Positions 15,291 to 27,417 are shown, counted from the first letter of the stretch. The stretch: DNA of 32,000 nucleotides from Mycobacterium leprae TN (GCF_000195855.1 NC_002677.1:2340001-2372000), one strand, 5' to 3'. Notes: generated from the letters alone by a model not told the origin. Numbers and translations: made by a program.

Positions 15291-16079
15291 TCCCGACGCC
15301 ACCCAAGGCCAAGGTGCCCCCGCTTCACCGTTCCTGCTGCGACAGGCCCGGCGGCGAAGATCTCTCACCTTCACTGCCATGCCAATCATCAGCACTTCGT
15401 GACGCACGTGGATCCAGGTCGAGCCCGACCACATCACGCCGTTTGGTCTCCCACGTCGGGGTCGGTAACGAACTTGAAGGTCTTCACGCGATGCGACTGG
15501 ATGCCCCCACTTATGCCAGATCCGCGCGGCCAAGGAAAACGAAATCCCCCACAGCCATCAACTGCTCCGGTGACGGGCCGCTCCGACGCTGAACGGCCGA
15601 TTCGCATAACATCGCCGACCAACGTCTCTACGAGCACCATGACCTCATCGATCACCGAAGCACGTCCCGTCCCCGGCGTACCCGAACCGCGATATCAGTA
15701 TCTAGCCACTCCATCGGACACCAACCACACAATCCACGCCCGTGTCACCTGCCCCACCAGCACCCACAACACCCTCGTCAACCACCCCAGCCGACCCCGG
15801 TCGCCATCGCGCAACTCCAAGACAGCAACCACATACACCGCCCACTTACCTCAACCAACCACACCTAAACGCCTCAAAACCACCCACCACTAGAGCGCCT
15901 GAATTGCCTACCGCGTGCGAGAAATGGTTTGAGGTGAAGAAAGTAACGAAAGATCGACGCGACTGACTATGCCCGAACCTGTCGGGCGTGGCTTGCATGT
16001 TTGCACACCCACGAATCACCGGCGGACCGCGATTTCCTCGACCATGAGCGATCCACGTACGGTGGGCTATCCCGTCTCA

Positions 16080-16918
16080 ACAGGTGGAGGGCAACCGCAC
16101 TCCATGCCCTGCTACCAGGATGACGCGGATCCAGTTGAGGAAGCCAAGCAGGTGCATGAACGTTAGTAATCGATGGAACCTGTGAGCAGCTGTAACATAG
16201 TGATTCCGCCTCTACGACGTGCCAGCCGAAATCTTCGAAAGATAATAATTCGTTTTCGGGTGCGAACTTGAACGGCGCATTCTGCAACATGCCAGCCATC
16301 TTCTTATTCATCATTTTTTGAGGCCTGGGCCGGCTAAATCGAGCACCCACCAGGTGACTTCGGATCGTGTAATCACCTCAGATAAAAGGATGACGTCACG
16401 GTCATCGAGGTACATAACCAGACCCTCGGTGATCATCACCAACACTTTCGTAGCGCCGCCCAGTGCTTCGTTGAAGAACGCTTCGCGGGAGTGCGAGTCG
16501 GTCAGGTCAACCACATTGGCATCGCGGTTCCTGCTCGGCAAGCAAGTGGTTCTTCTCCGTAAGCAACTTCGGTAGATCGTCCTCCAACCATGTTAAGCCA
16601 GCCTAAAGATTCAAAAGATACGGCCGGGTAGCCAAACCAGCGGACAGGTTAAGCACTCAGTCACAGCAGCCGGCAATCACTTCGACAATGGCGTCGTCGA
16701 TGATCTTGGTACATGCGACGAGCCACCAAACCGCTGAGACTCATCCGTGGCACTCGGGCGACGATGGCACGTCTCTGTTCGCCGGCAAGACGTGTGGCGA
16801 GCGGATCACTGAACAACCCATCCTGACGTGCCGACTCGGTTGCCCGATACAACGCCGTCCAGCGAGTTGTATCGGAAACGTGGGTAGTGTGCCCGGTGTA
16901 TAATGTATTTTGCGTCAT
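16080..16918 (-). pseudogene. Decayed SAM-dependent methyltransferase (TIGR00027-type mycobacterial family)
   Basis: HVSDTTRWTALYRATESARQDGLFSDPLATRLAGEQRRAI; VLVMITEGLVMYLDDRDVILLSEV; FKFAPENELLSFEDFGWHVVEAESL, spread over three frames in the right order. Confidence 0.82.
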
Positions 16919-17579
16919 AGCATTGCTGCCTGCATTATGCGCGCACGTACACAGGCTCGTCGATAGTAGCTTTGATCCGGTAGCGGCTGGTAACGAAGGA
17001 GAATCCGGGTATGAATCTGAGTCTGTATCCAATCAAGGAACCCACAGATCGGGATCCTGCCCAGCGAACCGGTCCAGCCCGAGAACGACGATCTGTGCGC
17101 AGCGGATATCGGACAGTTACGAATCACTAAATTCACCAGAATGATAATTCAAAAAATTTGAAGCTCAAGACTCCGGACATACGTGCCACTAAAATAGTGA
17201 CATGCATCCTCAGACGGAATAGAGAAGAATCACTAAGCTAAGCGCGATAGATCTGCCCGGTAACCTTATGCAGTAAGGGTATTAAGCAGGCTGGGTGGAA
17301 TGGCTACGACATTTTAATTTAATAACGTCTAATGACTCCTGAAGCTAAGAAGACGACTAAACGGTTCGGAGGTGCGTGTCCAGTGGCACACCCGTGGTCA
17401 TACAAATGATTCGGTCCCACCGCTAGAGTGCCTATTACGGGTGGAATGGTGATCGTCGGTTGCAGTGGAAGCCTTGAACTGCTACGTTGCGACGGTCAAT
17501 TGCTTGTGAGGCACCATCAAGACGTTCGCGCTGTCACGTTTCAATGCTGTACGTCCTGGGCAACCATCATCCTTTCCTT

Positions 17580-18410
17580 ATGCCTGGTATGAATCGTCTC
17601 GGCATGATGTTGACGACAGGGATCAGGCATCCTAGGCAGCATGCGATCCCTGTCTCAGCGGCCTGGGCTCACCCATCTCGACAGGAGACGTGGGCAGGTC
17701 AACTCCCTCCGCCAGCCGCACAGTCCGATCAAACCAGGATTTACCTTCGCCCAACCCGTGGAAGTAGACCGTTGCGCGAGCCCGCGCGCAAATTAAGAAC
17801 CCGACATATTGGAAAAGACCGGAGAACGTCGTGCGGTCCTGTGATGATAGCCTAAATATGTTCCCCTACGCGGTAAGTCCAACCTTGTACTCTGTGCAGC
17901 GAAAGAAGACCCCGAGTAATACAGCAACAAGATTCAAAGTCACTGGCGGGGCGGCGTCGGCCACATCTAGAAAGCCCAGATCAAACTTGATACCTGACTG
18001 CCGATAGTTGGTCCACCTTCTGGCTGAGCAATCAGGATCAGGGCGAAGTCGACATACTTGAGCAACAGCAACCGGCCCTCCGCCACTATCGTCCCCGCAA
18101 AAGCAAACGGCAATGCGTGAAAGACCCGCAACATAACAGCGGACAGCTGCTGGCATACGTGGCGATGTCATGTTGGATGAGGTCGGTGTCCGTTTCTGGA
18201 AAGACCATGTTGACGGCGCACAACCATACTTTGATGTACCGACAAGCTCTCTACTAAATGGCCGCTTAACACCCCCCGGCTACACCGTTTTCCCGGTGCT
18301 GAATCTTGCGGTTGCCGGTTTCGGGTGGCGGCGATACTGGACCGGGAGCCTATCCCACGGACATGCTCTATACGTATCTAACGTATTTGTTAAAGACGCA
18401 GCCCACGAAA
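17580..18410 (+). pseudogene. Decayed GH16 beta-glucanase resembling M. tuberculosis Rv0315
   Basis: MPGMNRLGMMLTTGI...AAWAHPSR; WSTFWLSNQDQGEVDILE; FWKDHVDGAQPYFDVPTSSL...PPGYTVFPVLNLAVAGFG. Collinear fragments in different frames. Confidence 0.8.
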
Positions 18411-18775
18411 CCAGCTAACCACATACGTTATGGTTCTGTCACCTTGACCCGGTGTTTCTAAGCGCTGACGTCAGTTGCATTGAGATTGTGGACATCAATT
18501 GTTCCGAGCTGCGCAACGATCGACGCATACCACCACAGTTAGCACTCTTCTGCACGAACGCCGCCAATAAGGCAGAATCGGCTGTGACGAGTCATGGTCA
18601 ACTACCGATTATGGCAAACCGTCGCTGGGCTCCGCATACTAGAAGACAGAGTGGTCGCGCTACCTCAACTTGCTCGTCACTCATGAGATTCTCAGCAAGT
18701 GAATCTAGAGCACATTCAAGGTTTGAGTGCTACACCCTTGTGAGATGGTCGATCCGCGGACAAGGAGGACGTGCG

Positions 18776-20170
18776 ATTAGCAAGCTTGGTTTCTGGAGTG
18801 TTGTTATGCTTGGTATCAACTCGATAATCGGAGCGGGTATCTTCATGACTCCCGGTGAAGTGATCAAGATTGCTGGACCGTTCGCCCCGATCGCATATAC
18901 TCTTGCAGGAATTTTCGCAGCCGTACTGGCAATCGTCTTTGCGACAGCGGCCAAGTATGTCAAGACGAACGGTTCCTCCTATGCCTACACTACAGCTGCA
19001 TTTGGGCACCGAATCGGTATCTATGTCGGTGTCACCCATGCAATTACCGCCTCTATCGCATGGGGGGTTCTGGCTTCCTCGTTTGTCTCAACACTGTTGA
19101 GAGTGGCTTTCCCCGAAAAGATTTGGGCCGATAACGACGAACTTATCAGCGTGAAGACACTCACGTTCCTCGTCTTTATCGCAGTTTTATTAGCAATAAA
19201 CATATTTGGAAACCTCGTGATCCGGTGGGCCAACGGAATCTCAGCGCTGGGAAAGATTTTCGCGCTATCAGTCTTCATCGCCGGAGGATTGTGGACAATC
19301 ATAACACAGCACGTGAACAACTACGTGACGTCCCGATCAGCGTACCAACCCACAACGTACTCGTTGCTCGGTGTCACCGAGATCGGTAAGAGCACCGCAG
19401 CGAGTATGACACTCGCAACGATCGTCGCGTTGTACGCATTCACTGGTTTCGAATCTATCGCTAACGCCGCAGAAGAGATGAACACACCGGACCGCACCCT
19501 TCCCAAAGCCATACCACTGACAATCCTCACTGTCGGCGTCATCTATATACTCGCCTTAGTCGTCGCAATGCTGCTGGGATCGGACAAAATTGTCGCTACT
19601 AACCACACCGTGAAATTGGCCGCGGCCGTCGGAAACAATACTTTCCGCACCATCATCGTTGTTGGAGCTTTAGTATCTATGTTTGGCATCAACGTAGCGG
19701 CATCGTTCGGTGCTCCCCGGCTCTGGACCGCGTTGTCGGACGGTAGAATTCTGCCAACAAGGCTGTCGAGCAAGAATCGATTCGGCGTTCCCATAGTTGC
19801 CTTTGGAATCACGGCGTTTCTAACGCTCGCCTTCCCACTGTCGCTTCGATTCGACAGCCTGAACCTCACCGGTCTGGCAGTGATCGCTCGATTCATCCAA
19901 TTCATAATCGTACCGATCGCGCTCTTCGCGTTGGCACGTTCCCGGACAACGAATTCTGTATATGTGAAGCGAAATGTGTTTACTGACAAGGTGTTGCCGA
20001 TCACTGCAGTTGTGGTCTCGGCCGGGCTGATGGTATCGTTTGACTACCGGTCCATTTTTCTCACGCGCGGAGGCCCTAATTACTTTTCGATTTCTTTGAT
20101 TGCGATTACGTTTATCGGCATACCGGCAGTCGCCTACCTTCACTATTACAGAACCAGTGGAATTAAGTGA
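18776..20170 (+). CDS. APC-superfamily amino-acid permease, apparently intact; the start codon may be ATT at 18776 (alternative GTG 18740)
   Basis: KLGFWSVVMLGINSIIGAGIFMTPGEVIKIAGPFAPIAYTLAGIF, FTGFESIANAAEEMNTPDRTLPKAIPLTI and about 12 hydrophobic segments; no internal stops. aaggagg at 18762-18768. Confidence 0.88.
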   Translation: MSKLGFWSVVMLGINSIIGAGIFMTPGEVIKIAGPFAPIAYTLAGIFAAVLAIVFATAAKYVKTNGSSYAYTTAAFGHRIGIYVGVTHAITASIAWGVLASSFVSTLLRVAFPEKIWADNDELISVKTLTFLVFIAVLLAINIFGNLVIRWANGISALGKIFALSVFIAGGLWTIITQHVNNYVTSRSAYQPTTYSLLGVTEIGKSTAASMTLATIVALYAFTGFESIANAAEEMNTPDRTLPKAIPLTILTVGVIYILALVVAMLLGSDKIVATNHTVKLAAAVGNNTFRTIIVVGALVSMFGINVAASFGAPRLWTALSDGRILPTRLSSKNRFGVPIVAFGITAFLTLAFPLSLRFDSLNLTGLAVIARFIQFIIVPIALFALARSRTTNSVYVKRNVFTDKVLPITAVVVSAGLMVSFDYRSIFLTRGGPNYFSISLIAITFIGIPAVAYLHYYRTSGIK

Positions 20171-20749
20171 CCCAACGTCAGTCGAGCATCGCCGAGTAGG
20201 ATTTTGCCTATAACTTAATGACTATTAAAATGTAATCTACATAGATATTAAATAATGTGTGGCTCAATTTTTGAGCTAATAGTCGTGATTCAGGAAAGTT
20301 AAGCATTGAATATCTTCTGGCACTGGAAGAGTATAGCGAGACGGCATTGTCCTTGACCATTTCGGCCGCGCCCCGAGACAACAGCAAGATCACCACCCTC
20401 ATCGCTCGGACTAAACTCACGACCCTAGGAGGATTTCGAGCAGCTAACGACAGCGATCAACATGTTGTTCGACGATAAGATACCTTGACAAGTTGATTGT
20501 CAAGACGTCCGTGGATGGAGGACAGCTGCGCGGTGAGTTCCAGCGGACCCTGACCCGCTGGTCCTTGTCAGTCACTGTGACGGCAGCCTTTATGGTGCGG
20601 TGATTGGTATCATTGCGACGGTCGCGGCCATTTGGTGTGACGGTTGCCAAAGGACCTCAGACACACTGCGCAGGTGTATATTCCGAATAGACTTTCACGG
20701 CAGGACACCCCTTCATCACCGGAGCAACTGAAAGCTTTGGGCAGGCGAT

Positions 20750-21430
20750 CACGAAAGACTAGCATTACTCGAAGATAAACTCGTCTTCAGCTTGTGTAAG
20801 GCCGAGGACTTGGATCAACTCGCAGGCTCGCTCTCGGATGTGGCCCACGAGGAGGTAGTTTGTGACTTAATCTCGGAAGGCGCGGTGTTTGAGTTGCTCG
20901 AGCAGGTTGGTGATATTGATGTGTTGGTCCCCAATGCCGGTTTTCCTAAGTCGGGCCTCCTGGAGGGTTCCAAGCACGACGAGATCAACCGCACGTTTCG
21001 TGTCAATCTTGAAGCATCGGTTCGCATGACACGTGATCTGTTGCTCGGCTGACAGGGGCTCGATAGTGGGTACCTTGTGTTCATTTTGTTGATCTCGGTG
21101 GTAACCGTTATGCTACGGGCATCCGGATAGGCTGCGACGAAGTTCAGGCTACGGTGATTCGCTCTCAATTTGCGAGAATACTTGTGGGGCGGCGTGGTCG
21201 GCGTTTCGGTTATTTCTCCTAGCGCGATTTCGAGGTCGGGATGTTCGCGGATAGCGTCTCCTCGCCCCGCCCGAGCATAGGCATACCCAAGCGGAGGGCC
21301 AACACTGTCTTACGGGCGATCGAGCGCAGCAAGCCGGCTCCCCGATAGACTCTATATATCAACCTGCTCGCTATGCTCGCGTCCGAGATTTCCGGTCGAA
21401 TCGCTGGCTTCGTTGTTGCTAAAGGCGCCA
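20750..21430 (+). pseudogene. Decayed short-chain dehydrogenase/reductase
   Basis: CKAEDLDQLAGSLSD; DIDVLVPNAGFPKSGLLEGSKHDEINRTFRVNLEASVRMTRDLL; then ATKFRLR*FALNLREYL; SISPSDFEVGMFAD-like; VLRAIERSKP; AMLASEISGRIAGF. Stops and frameshifts present. Confidence 0.82.
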
Positions 21431-21879
21431 AGGCGATTCTAAGGCGCTCGTGTCTGGCGATACTGTTCTTGTGATCGAAACGATTGAAGTAACAGTTTTG
21501 CCTTCTAAACAGATTCAAGTGATGCCTGCATCGTTCTTGAGGTATAATTGATTTCGGCATTATCATCCATCGTCTCCACGACAGAGAACAGCTCGTCTCG
21601 CCGCACCACTTACAAACGGTCCGCGGGGTGGATTGGCACCCGTTGCCACGGCTGAATCACGAGTGCGTGTCAATTGCTCTTTCTTCTTCGCTGTTGCGTC
21701 AATAGAGCGACGAAATACTATATACGCGACAAAACCCTCGTTGCGCCAGATAGGATGCGTGTCAGCAACGGGTGAATCCACATCCGTCTTGTAGATTCCC
21801 CACCCCGCGACATAGCTTGGTGCGGTAGATTGCCGTCCTAACTATGGGTTCGGCTGTGCTAAGAACCTGGCTAGGTTGT

Positions 21880-22450
21880 TTGTGGTTACACTGATCGGAC
21901 TGTCGGCAATCGTTGCCGCGGCTAAGAAGCGGTTCTTCGACTAAACCATCCTCAATAGATGGAACACATCGGTTGGGTCGCGCTGGAGAGATATATCGGA
22001 TTTTATTGGCAACAAATGAGTGAACTGCACTGCATTGGGGGGTCGAGCGTCGCATCGGCTCAGCCGCGTTGATTGCCGGCGGTCGGCATACCCGCACCGA
22101 AGTGTTCACTTCCCTGATGGTGCTGTTCTCCACTAGCGTTGTCGTGCTTGAGTTTCCACTGGCCGATCCCATAATCGGCATTGTTATCATCGTAGCCATC
22201 CTGACCGTGCTGAGCACCGCAGCACGTGACGTGTGCTGTCGGTTGGTCGACGAAATGAACCCGGCCAATGGTCGACGCCGCCGAGTAAGCGTTGGCGGCC
22301 TAACCCGGGGTGCAGGCGGTGCGCAGCGTGCGGATGCGTTGAATCGGTCACCTCCGGCACACTGATGTGAAAATTCATATCGATCTCACCTTACATTTCG
22401 TCGACGCGAACGGGCTCAGATTCGCCTAATTTCTAGGAAGGCTCGGGGGC
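21880..22450 (+). pseudogene. Decayed cation diffusion facilitator (CDF) transporter
   Basis: IAGGRHTRTEVFTSLMVLFSTSVVVLEFPLADPIIGIVIIVAILTVLSTAARDVCCRLVDEMNPA; upstream LVTLIGLSAIVAAAKKRFFD; downstream VRSVRMR. Disrupted frames. Confidence 0.82.
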
Positions 22451-23000
22451 AACTTGTGCGCATGCTGCATGGCTTTCCGGAACGGCCGCACTCCTGGGAC
22501 GATTTTCGTCCACGGATCGCCGCGCAAGGGTACCCGCGCGGTCAGCCCGTTTGTGCGCCGGGCACCATCCCACAAAAATCCCTGATCGCGAGACAAATCA
22601 AAATATCCTAGCGCGATCTGCTTGCCTTGATCGAAGCGTTCGGCGCCCGCGATGTCACCATCATTGGACACGATTGGGGCGCCTCGGCCGGATACGGCGC
22701 CATGACGCTCGATCGAGATCGAGTGAAAAAACTCTTTGTTATCGACATTCCGCACCCAGCAGCGCTCAAACCCTCGCCAATGAAGTGTTAGGGAGTGTTC
22801 AGCACTTTCGTTGACATACCAGCGGCCGGTAGCTCCAAACCTATTCGCGAGCTATGACTTCGCGGTGCTACCTACCACCTATCGGATATGGTCCACCAAG
22901 GTGGAACCCGAATCCAATCAAGTTTGACGCCGTACGTGCCAGTTTCTCAAAACCCCGGCGAGCGTAAACGCGGCGTTCGGCTACTATCAAAAGCTCTCCC
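22440..23000 (+). pseudogene. Decayed alpha/beta hydrolase (haloalkane dehalogenase/epoxide hydrolase type)
   Basis: Plus-strand reading across frames: RDLLALIEAFGARDVTIIGHDWGASAGYGAMTLDRDRVKKLFVIDIPHPAALKPSP, with GHDWGA as nucleophile-elbow context. Confidence 0.78.
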
Positions 23001-25099
23001 CTATACTCAACCACATCGCTGAAAAGCGCAGATCACCCTGCCAGTGGTCGCGTTTGCGGGCTTCGGTGGTCCGATTGCCGAAACACACGGACCACCGGGG
23101 CGCCGCTCAGATGGTCGAAAATAAGTACGTCATCGAGGAAGTCCTTGGGCATTTAGCATTCCGAGGCGTTTGTCAAGCGGATTTTGGTTCATCTGTGAGC
23201 TCAGATCGGCACTGCACCGCTTCACCATAAGCCGGAATCGCCCTCGAATCGCAACCGGACTTTCGCACATTTTGCTCAACAGCGACCAGGTTCGTGGCCT
23301 ATCAGAATGGACGGACATGAGTCTCACGTGACGATCACGAGGCAGGGAAGCTTGACGACCCATCATGTTGCCATGCCAGCGTGCGATCCATCTGCTGTGT
23401 TCGATGTGTCGACCTCACGTACACTAGGGGCCGCGGTGGCGCGACCCGGCTCAGAGCGCAGCCAGGATGTAAGACTACATGTTCCAATCGACCACAGAAC
23501 GTGGATCCATTTTCAGGTGCTTCATCGGTTGCGGCGTTTTCTGTTAGACTTCTAGAATCTGGTCGACTGGAGTTGACTCCATCGCTCAGCGAAGCTGAAC
23601 TTCAAGTCCTCGGTGGTAAACCCGTCACGGTGCAGGGTGCGTTGAGGTGACAACGCACGCACGTTTTACGTACGCTTGCAAGTATGCAAGAGCAGTACAT
23701 AAATGAAATCCATAGGCCATAATCCGGCCTCTAGAAAGGTTAGTTCATAACTAGCCGACATCGCTGGGCAAGACCCGGACCTTGGTGCTTCGGTGTTATT
23801 CGCTAATACCAGCGGGCAGTGAAGAAGTGTCGATGCAGGATGCACTAGCGCCCATCTAACGATACCACATAGATGTTGGCTTCCAATAGCTCTGCGCAAC
23901 AAGAACTCTTGCAAACCGACATGGTGTTGATAACTATCTCGCGCACGTATTTCGCAGGTTGACGACACCGCAACAGATACTTTGCCGTTCGGCGTGGCGA
24001 CCCATGCGGTCTCGAATGATTTTGTCGAATAGATCGGGCGCAAGCACGGACGCGTATATGATGCGCGCGAAAGAGTTAGGTTCCGGCACGCACGACACCG
24101 ATGATGAGCCAATTGGTCGACACCCCAGTTGCCGGGAGACAACAGGAACGACTGCCCCTGCAGTCACCAACGCTGCACCGTCGGCGCTTGGCACCGACAT
24201 TGCCCCACTGAGCTCGATGGGCCAGAGCACACAAGCGAGCGCCAGCTCCACATCATGGCTAGTGTCGTCGTAGTCGCCCAAGGTCAGGACGACTACGACG
24301 ACAGCGAAGAGCCCGAGGACGAAGAAGCCGGTTACGGTCACATGCTGTATCAGCCTTCTGCACAGGAAGACTCGCTAGAATTTGGTGGGGATGATCAGCG
24401 TCCTCAACCTTGCCCGGTAAGTTTCATCGTCTGGGCGGTGCCGTGCTCCTACTCGACAGCGGTGGCGGGGTTCCGGCGTATTCATACGTCTCCGCTCAAA
24501 GCAACATCATAGGCAACTGTTGCACCGGTAACCATTGGCGGCAAGCACCCGTCAAGAAGTAGCAACCGATGTGCTCATCCCTGGACCCGAAGCGTCTCTT
24601 ACGCTTGCTCTGCTACTCGAATGGCAAAGGAGATGCCGTGACCAATCCCGCACTGGCCACAAATGTTGCGCAACATGATGGTCCCGGACCGCATGACTGG
24701 GTAGCCAGGAGCTCTGTGCCTTCTTGCTCAAGCACTCAGAGAATGCGCCAATGAGCACAGACGAACTTCAGCAATTGAAAGGGTTGATCCTCATTTCGCG
24801 CCTAGAGATGGTTAACACCCTTGGTGTAGTAGCGGAAAAGCAGAAGGTGGTTTAGCTCCGGACGAGAATCCGTCCCGATTTACAGCCCGTAATAAACCTG
24901 CCAACCACGAGTTTCCTAGCCTATCGCTCACTCGCTGTGGGTGAACAAGCCGAGGAGTAATCCAGAAAACACTTCACTATTCGAGACTATCGATGGTTTA
25001 ACGACAGCTGTGTCAAGCTCGCAAAACTGCGCTATGTGCGGCGCGTGGCCAGCGCCGCTTTATATTGCCGTCGGCGTCAATAACCACGACAGCTCGTGC

Positions 25100-25760
25100 C
25101 AGAAAACCGAACATCGGGCTATCGGCGATGGTGACAGCATGGAGTGCCCACTGTATACTGCAGAAAGCCGATCATCGATAGGACTCTGGCTGGTAGAGTG
25201 ATAACCACTTGATAACGTGGATATTCCGAGTCAGTAGGTTGATCGACAGGATCATCTGCACCAGATCGGCACAGACCGTTCGATGGGTAATATCCACTCG
25301 TACCGAGGATCGGGTAGAGCCCGAGATGTATTTGCAAGTGGGAAATATCGTTGCTGTCTAGCTTGACAGGGATGAAGCGTTCCCCCGTAAAGTCTGACAT
25401 CTGATTGATTACGGTGATTTACGGCCTCCGTAGGTGTGGGAGGCTCATCAGAAAAATCTTCAACCGCGTCTTTTGGCTGCTGCGGTCGTAAGTACAGCGG
25501 CGAGCTCGCGATCGCGCAGCACGGCATCGAACTGTTCAGCGTGGCGCAGACAGCTCTGGCGTGAACAACGGCACCACTATGGTGCCCGCCTTGACCGCTA
25601 CGTAGAACCCGGCAACGTAGTCGATGCTTTGCGGCGCACAGGATGATAACCCGATCGTCGTGACCTGTGAATTGTTGGATATGTACACCGATGGTTTGCA
25701 GTCGGGCACCGCATTAGGCCCAAGTTAATTCAATGGCCTGTCCGATCAGCGCGGACGTAA
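25100..25760 (-). pseudogene. Decayed fatty-acyl-AMP ligase (FAAL/FadD type)
   Basis: Minus-strand fragments: IELTWA...; DRVIILCA; IDYVAGFYVAVKAGTIVVPLFTPELS; PVKLDSNDISHLQ-YTSGSTR; THRTVCADLVQMILSINLLT; NIHVIKWLSLYQ; MIGFLQYTVG. All in FAAL order with frameshifts. Confidence 0.85.
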
Positions 25761-26589
25761 TCCAGGTACCCGATACGCTGTCGCGTCACCTACATCTGCC
25801 ACGTTCAGCGTTCGATGAGAGAGATCAGCGTGGTGTCAGGCGACCAACACAACACTACCATCGGCATCCAAACAGTCCTCGATCACTAACAGGCCTTTTG
25901 GAGCCACGGAGTCCTGCCCGGTAACCGTAATCTATAGACGCAACTATAAAACCCGCCAATGAGACGCTAACTGTTACGCGACAGACTTGAAACTTGTTTC
26001 GTGTATTCGAGTTTCGAGATCCAGCCGAACAGAGCCAGTGCCAAACCCACCACAAAATCGGCTTCAGATGGACGCCAAGCAGGAGCATCTGTGGACCCTA
26101 ACGACCACAACATCTCAACCACGACCACCGAAAGCGCGCAGGCTTGGGTACTCACCTACCGCGAGCTGTATCGGTCCAAGCTAGTGCAAGCAATCCTCAC
26201 CGTTCTTGGTGACGTGCTGCTCGTTGCCTCAATTCCGATGATCGTACTGCTTCCCGAATTAGGCATATACCGGTGCTGTTGGTGGCGCTTCGCTTTCCTA
26301 CACTCTAAGCTGATTCAGTCACGCGCCTATGCGTGGACGGATTGGTGCTTCATCCAGCTGCAGTAACTGGCTCCACCGGCAATCACAACGTGTCCGCGTG
26401 GCAATCCTGATCGGGTTGCTCATTGCAGCCGCACTTGTGTGGTTGATCGTCTACCAGTTTGTCCAATGTCGTAGGTTGGTTGATCTCCCTAAGACAAGAT
26501 GTCACCCATCCAGAGACTCCATCATAGCGCAAGAAAGACGGCAGGGTAGTCAACCTGACGAGGAGACAGGCCCGACAGTACACACGACA

Positions 26590-27120
26590 CGACCTAATGT
26601 CGCACCTCACCAGGCTATGTGTCCGCTACGTCAAACGCTTTATGCCAGATCCGTACTTATTCGCTGCCATCCTTACCATCATTGTGGTGATGCTTACCGC
26701 GCCGCTCGTCAGAGACACGACGGCCGCCAGCATGTTCAAAGCGCGGTACAGCGGAGTATGGGGATCGCAGCATATCTTCCACCTTCACGTTACAGATGGT
26801 GCGGGTCCTAGTGACTGGGCTACACGCTGGCCTAGGCTACCTGTTCTGAGTAGCGCCATCGTCCATATCGGAGTAAACTTAAGAATTAGGTGCAAGGCAC
26901 TCTAACCTGCGTTTCGCCCTCAACGCCGCCCTTTTCTTGCTGAACCGAGGACTTGGTCTCGTATCGGGTACTCTAGTCGCCCACCAGGTCGCGAAGCGAC
27001 TAGTGGGCGCCATTTCAGCTATCTCATCACAGCGGCATTTATGGGCAGCAGTGGTCTTCGTATGCGCTCTGGCTCCGTACATCGACATTTAATGGTGAAC
27101 CGTTCGCGGCACGGGAAGAT
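26590..27120 (+). pseudogene. Decayed AtoE-like short-chain fatty acid transporter (5' part)
   Basis: LTRLCVRYVKRFMPDPYLFAAILTIIVVMLTAPL; later frame NLRFALNAALFLLNRGLGLVSGTLVAHQVAKRLVG. Confidence 0.6.
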
Positions 27121-27417
27121 GCAGTGGACGACGTAGCCAACATGTGAATATTATTCACACGGCTGAAGAGAGACGGCTACACCATACTGTGAATAGATTA
27201 CATCTAGGGTTCAACTACCTTACTGCAGTGGTGTTTTAAGTAGAATTCTAGCTATGTTCCGACGATTCGTCCCGACATTGTGATGCCAGCATTGCAACCG
27301 TGGCAGCGTGATTCGCCTGGTGAGTATGCACGTGGCATAACCCCGCCAGGTTCACACACGATTTCCGAAGTAAGTTACCCAGCAACACCATTCAGCTTTC
27401 TCACCAGGGAGAAAGAC

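Larger units (their letters stand above)
13511..15893. mobile_element. 2383 bp repeat-like element, probable LEPREP-family copy, carrying a decayed group II intron-type RT
   Basis: Imperfect terminal inverted repeats: ctagtgttgtgtgttggtg at the left versus ctagtggtgggtggttttg (reverse complement) at the right. The CTAG-to-CTAG length is 2383 bp, equal to the remembered LEPREP size. GT-rich left end, CA-rich right end. Confidence 0.75.

Noticed and set aside
22426-22755. 109 aa minus-strand ORF that looks protein-like
   Set aside because: It is the antisense reading of the alpha/beta hydrolase remnant (GHDWGA motif) on the plus strand.
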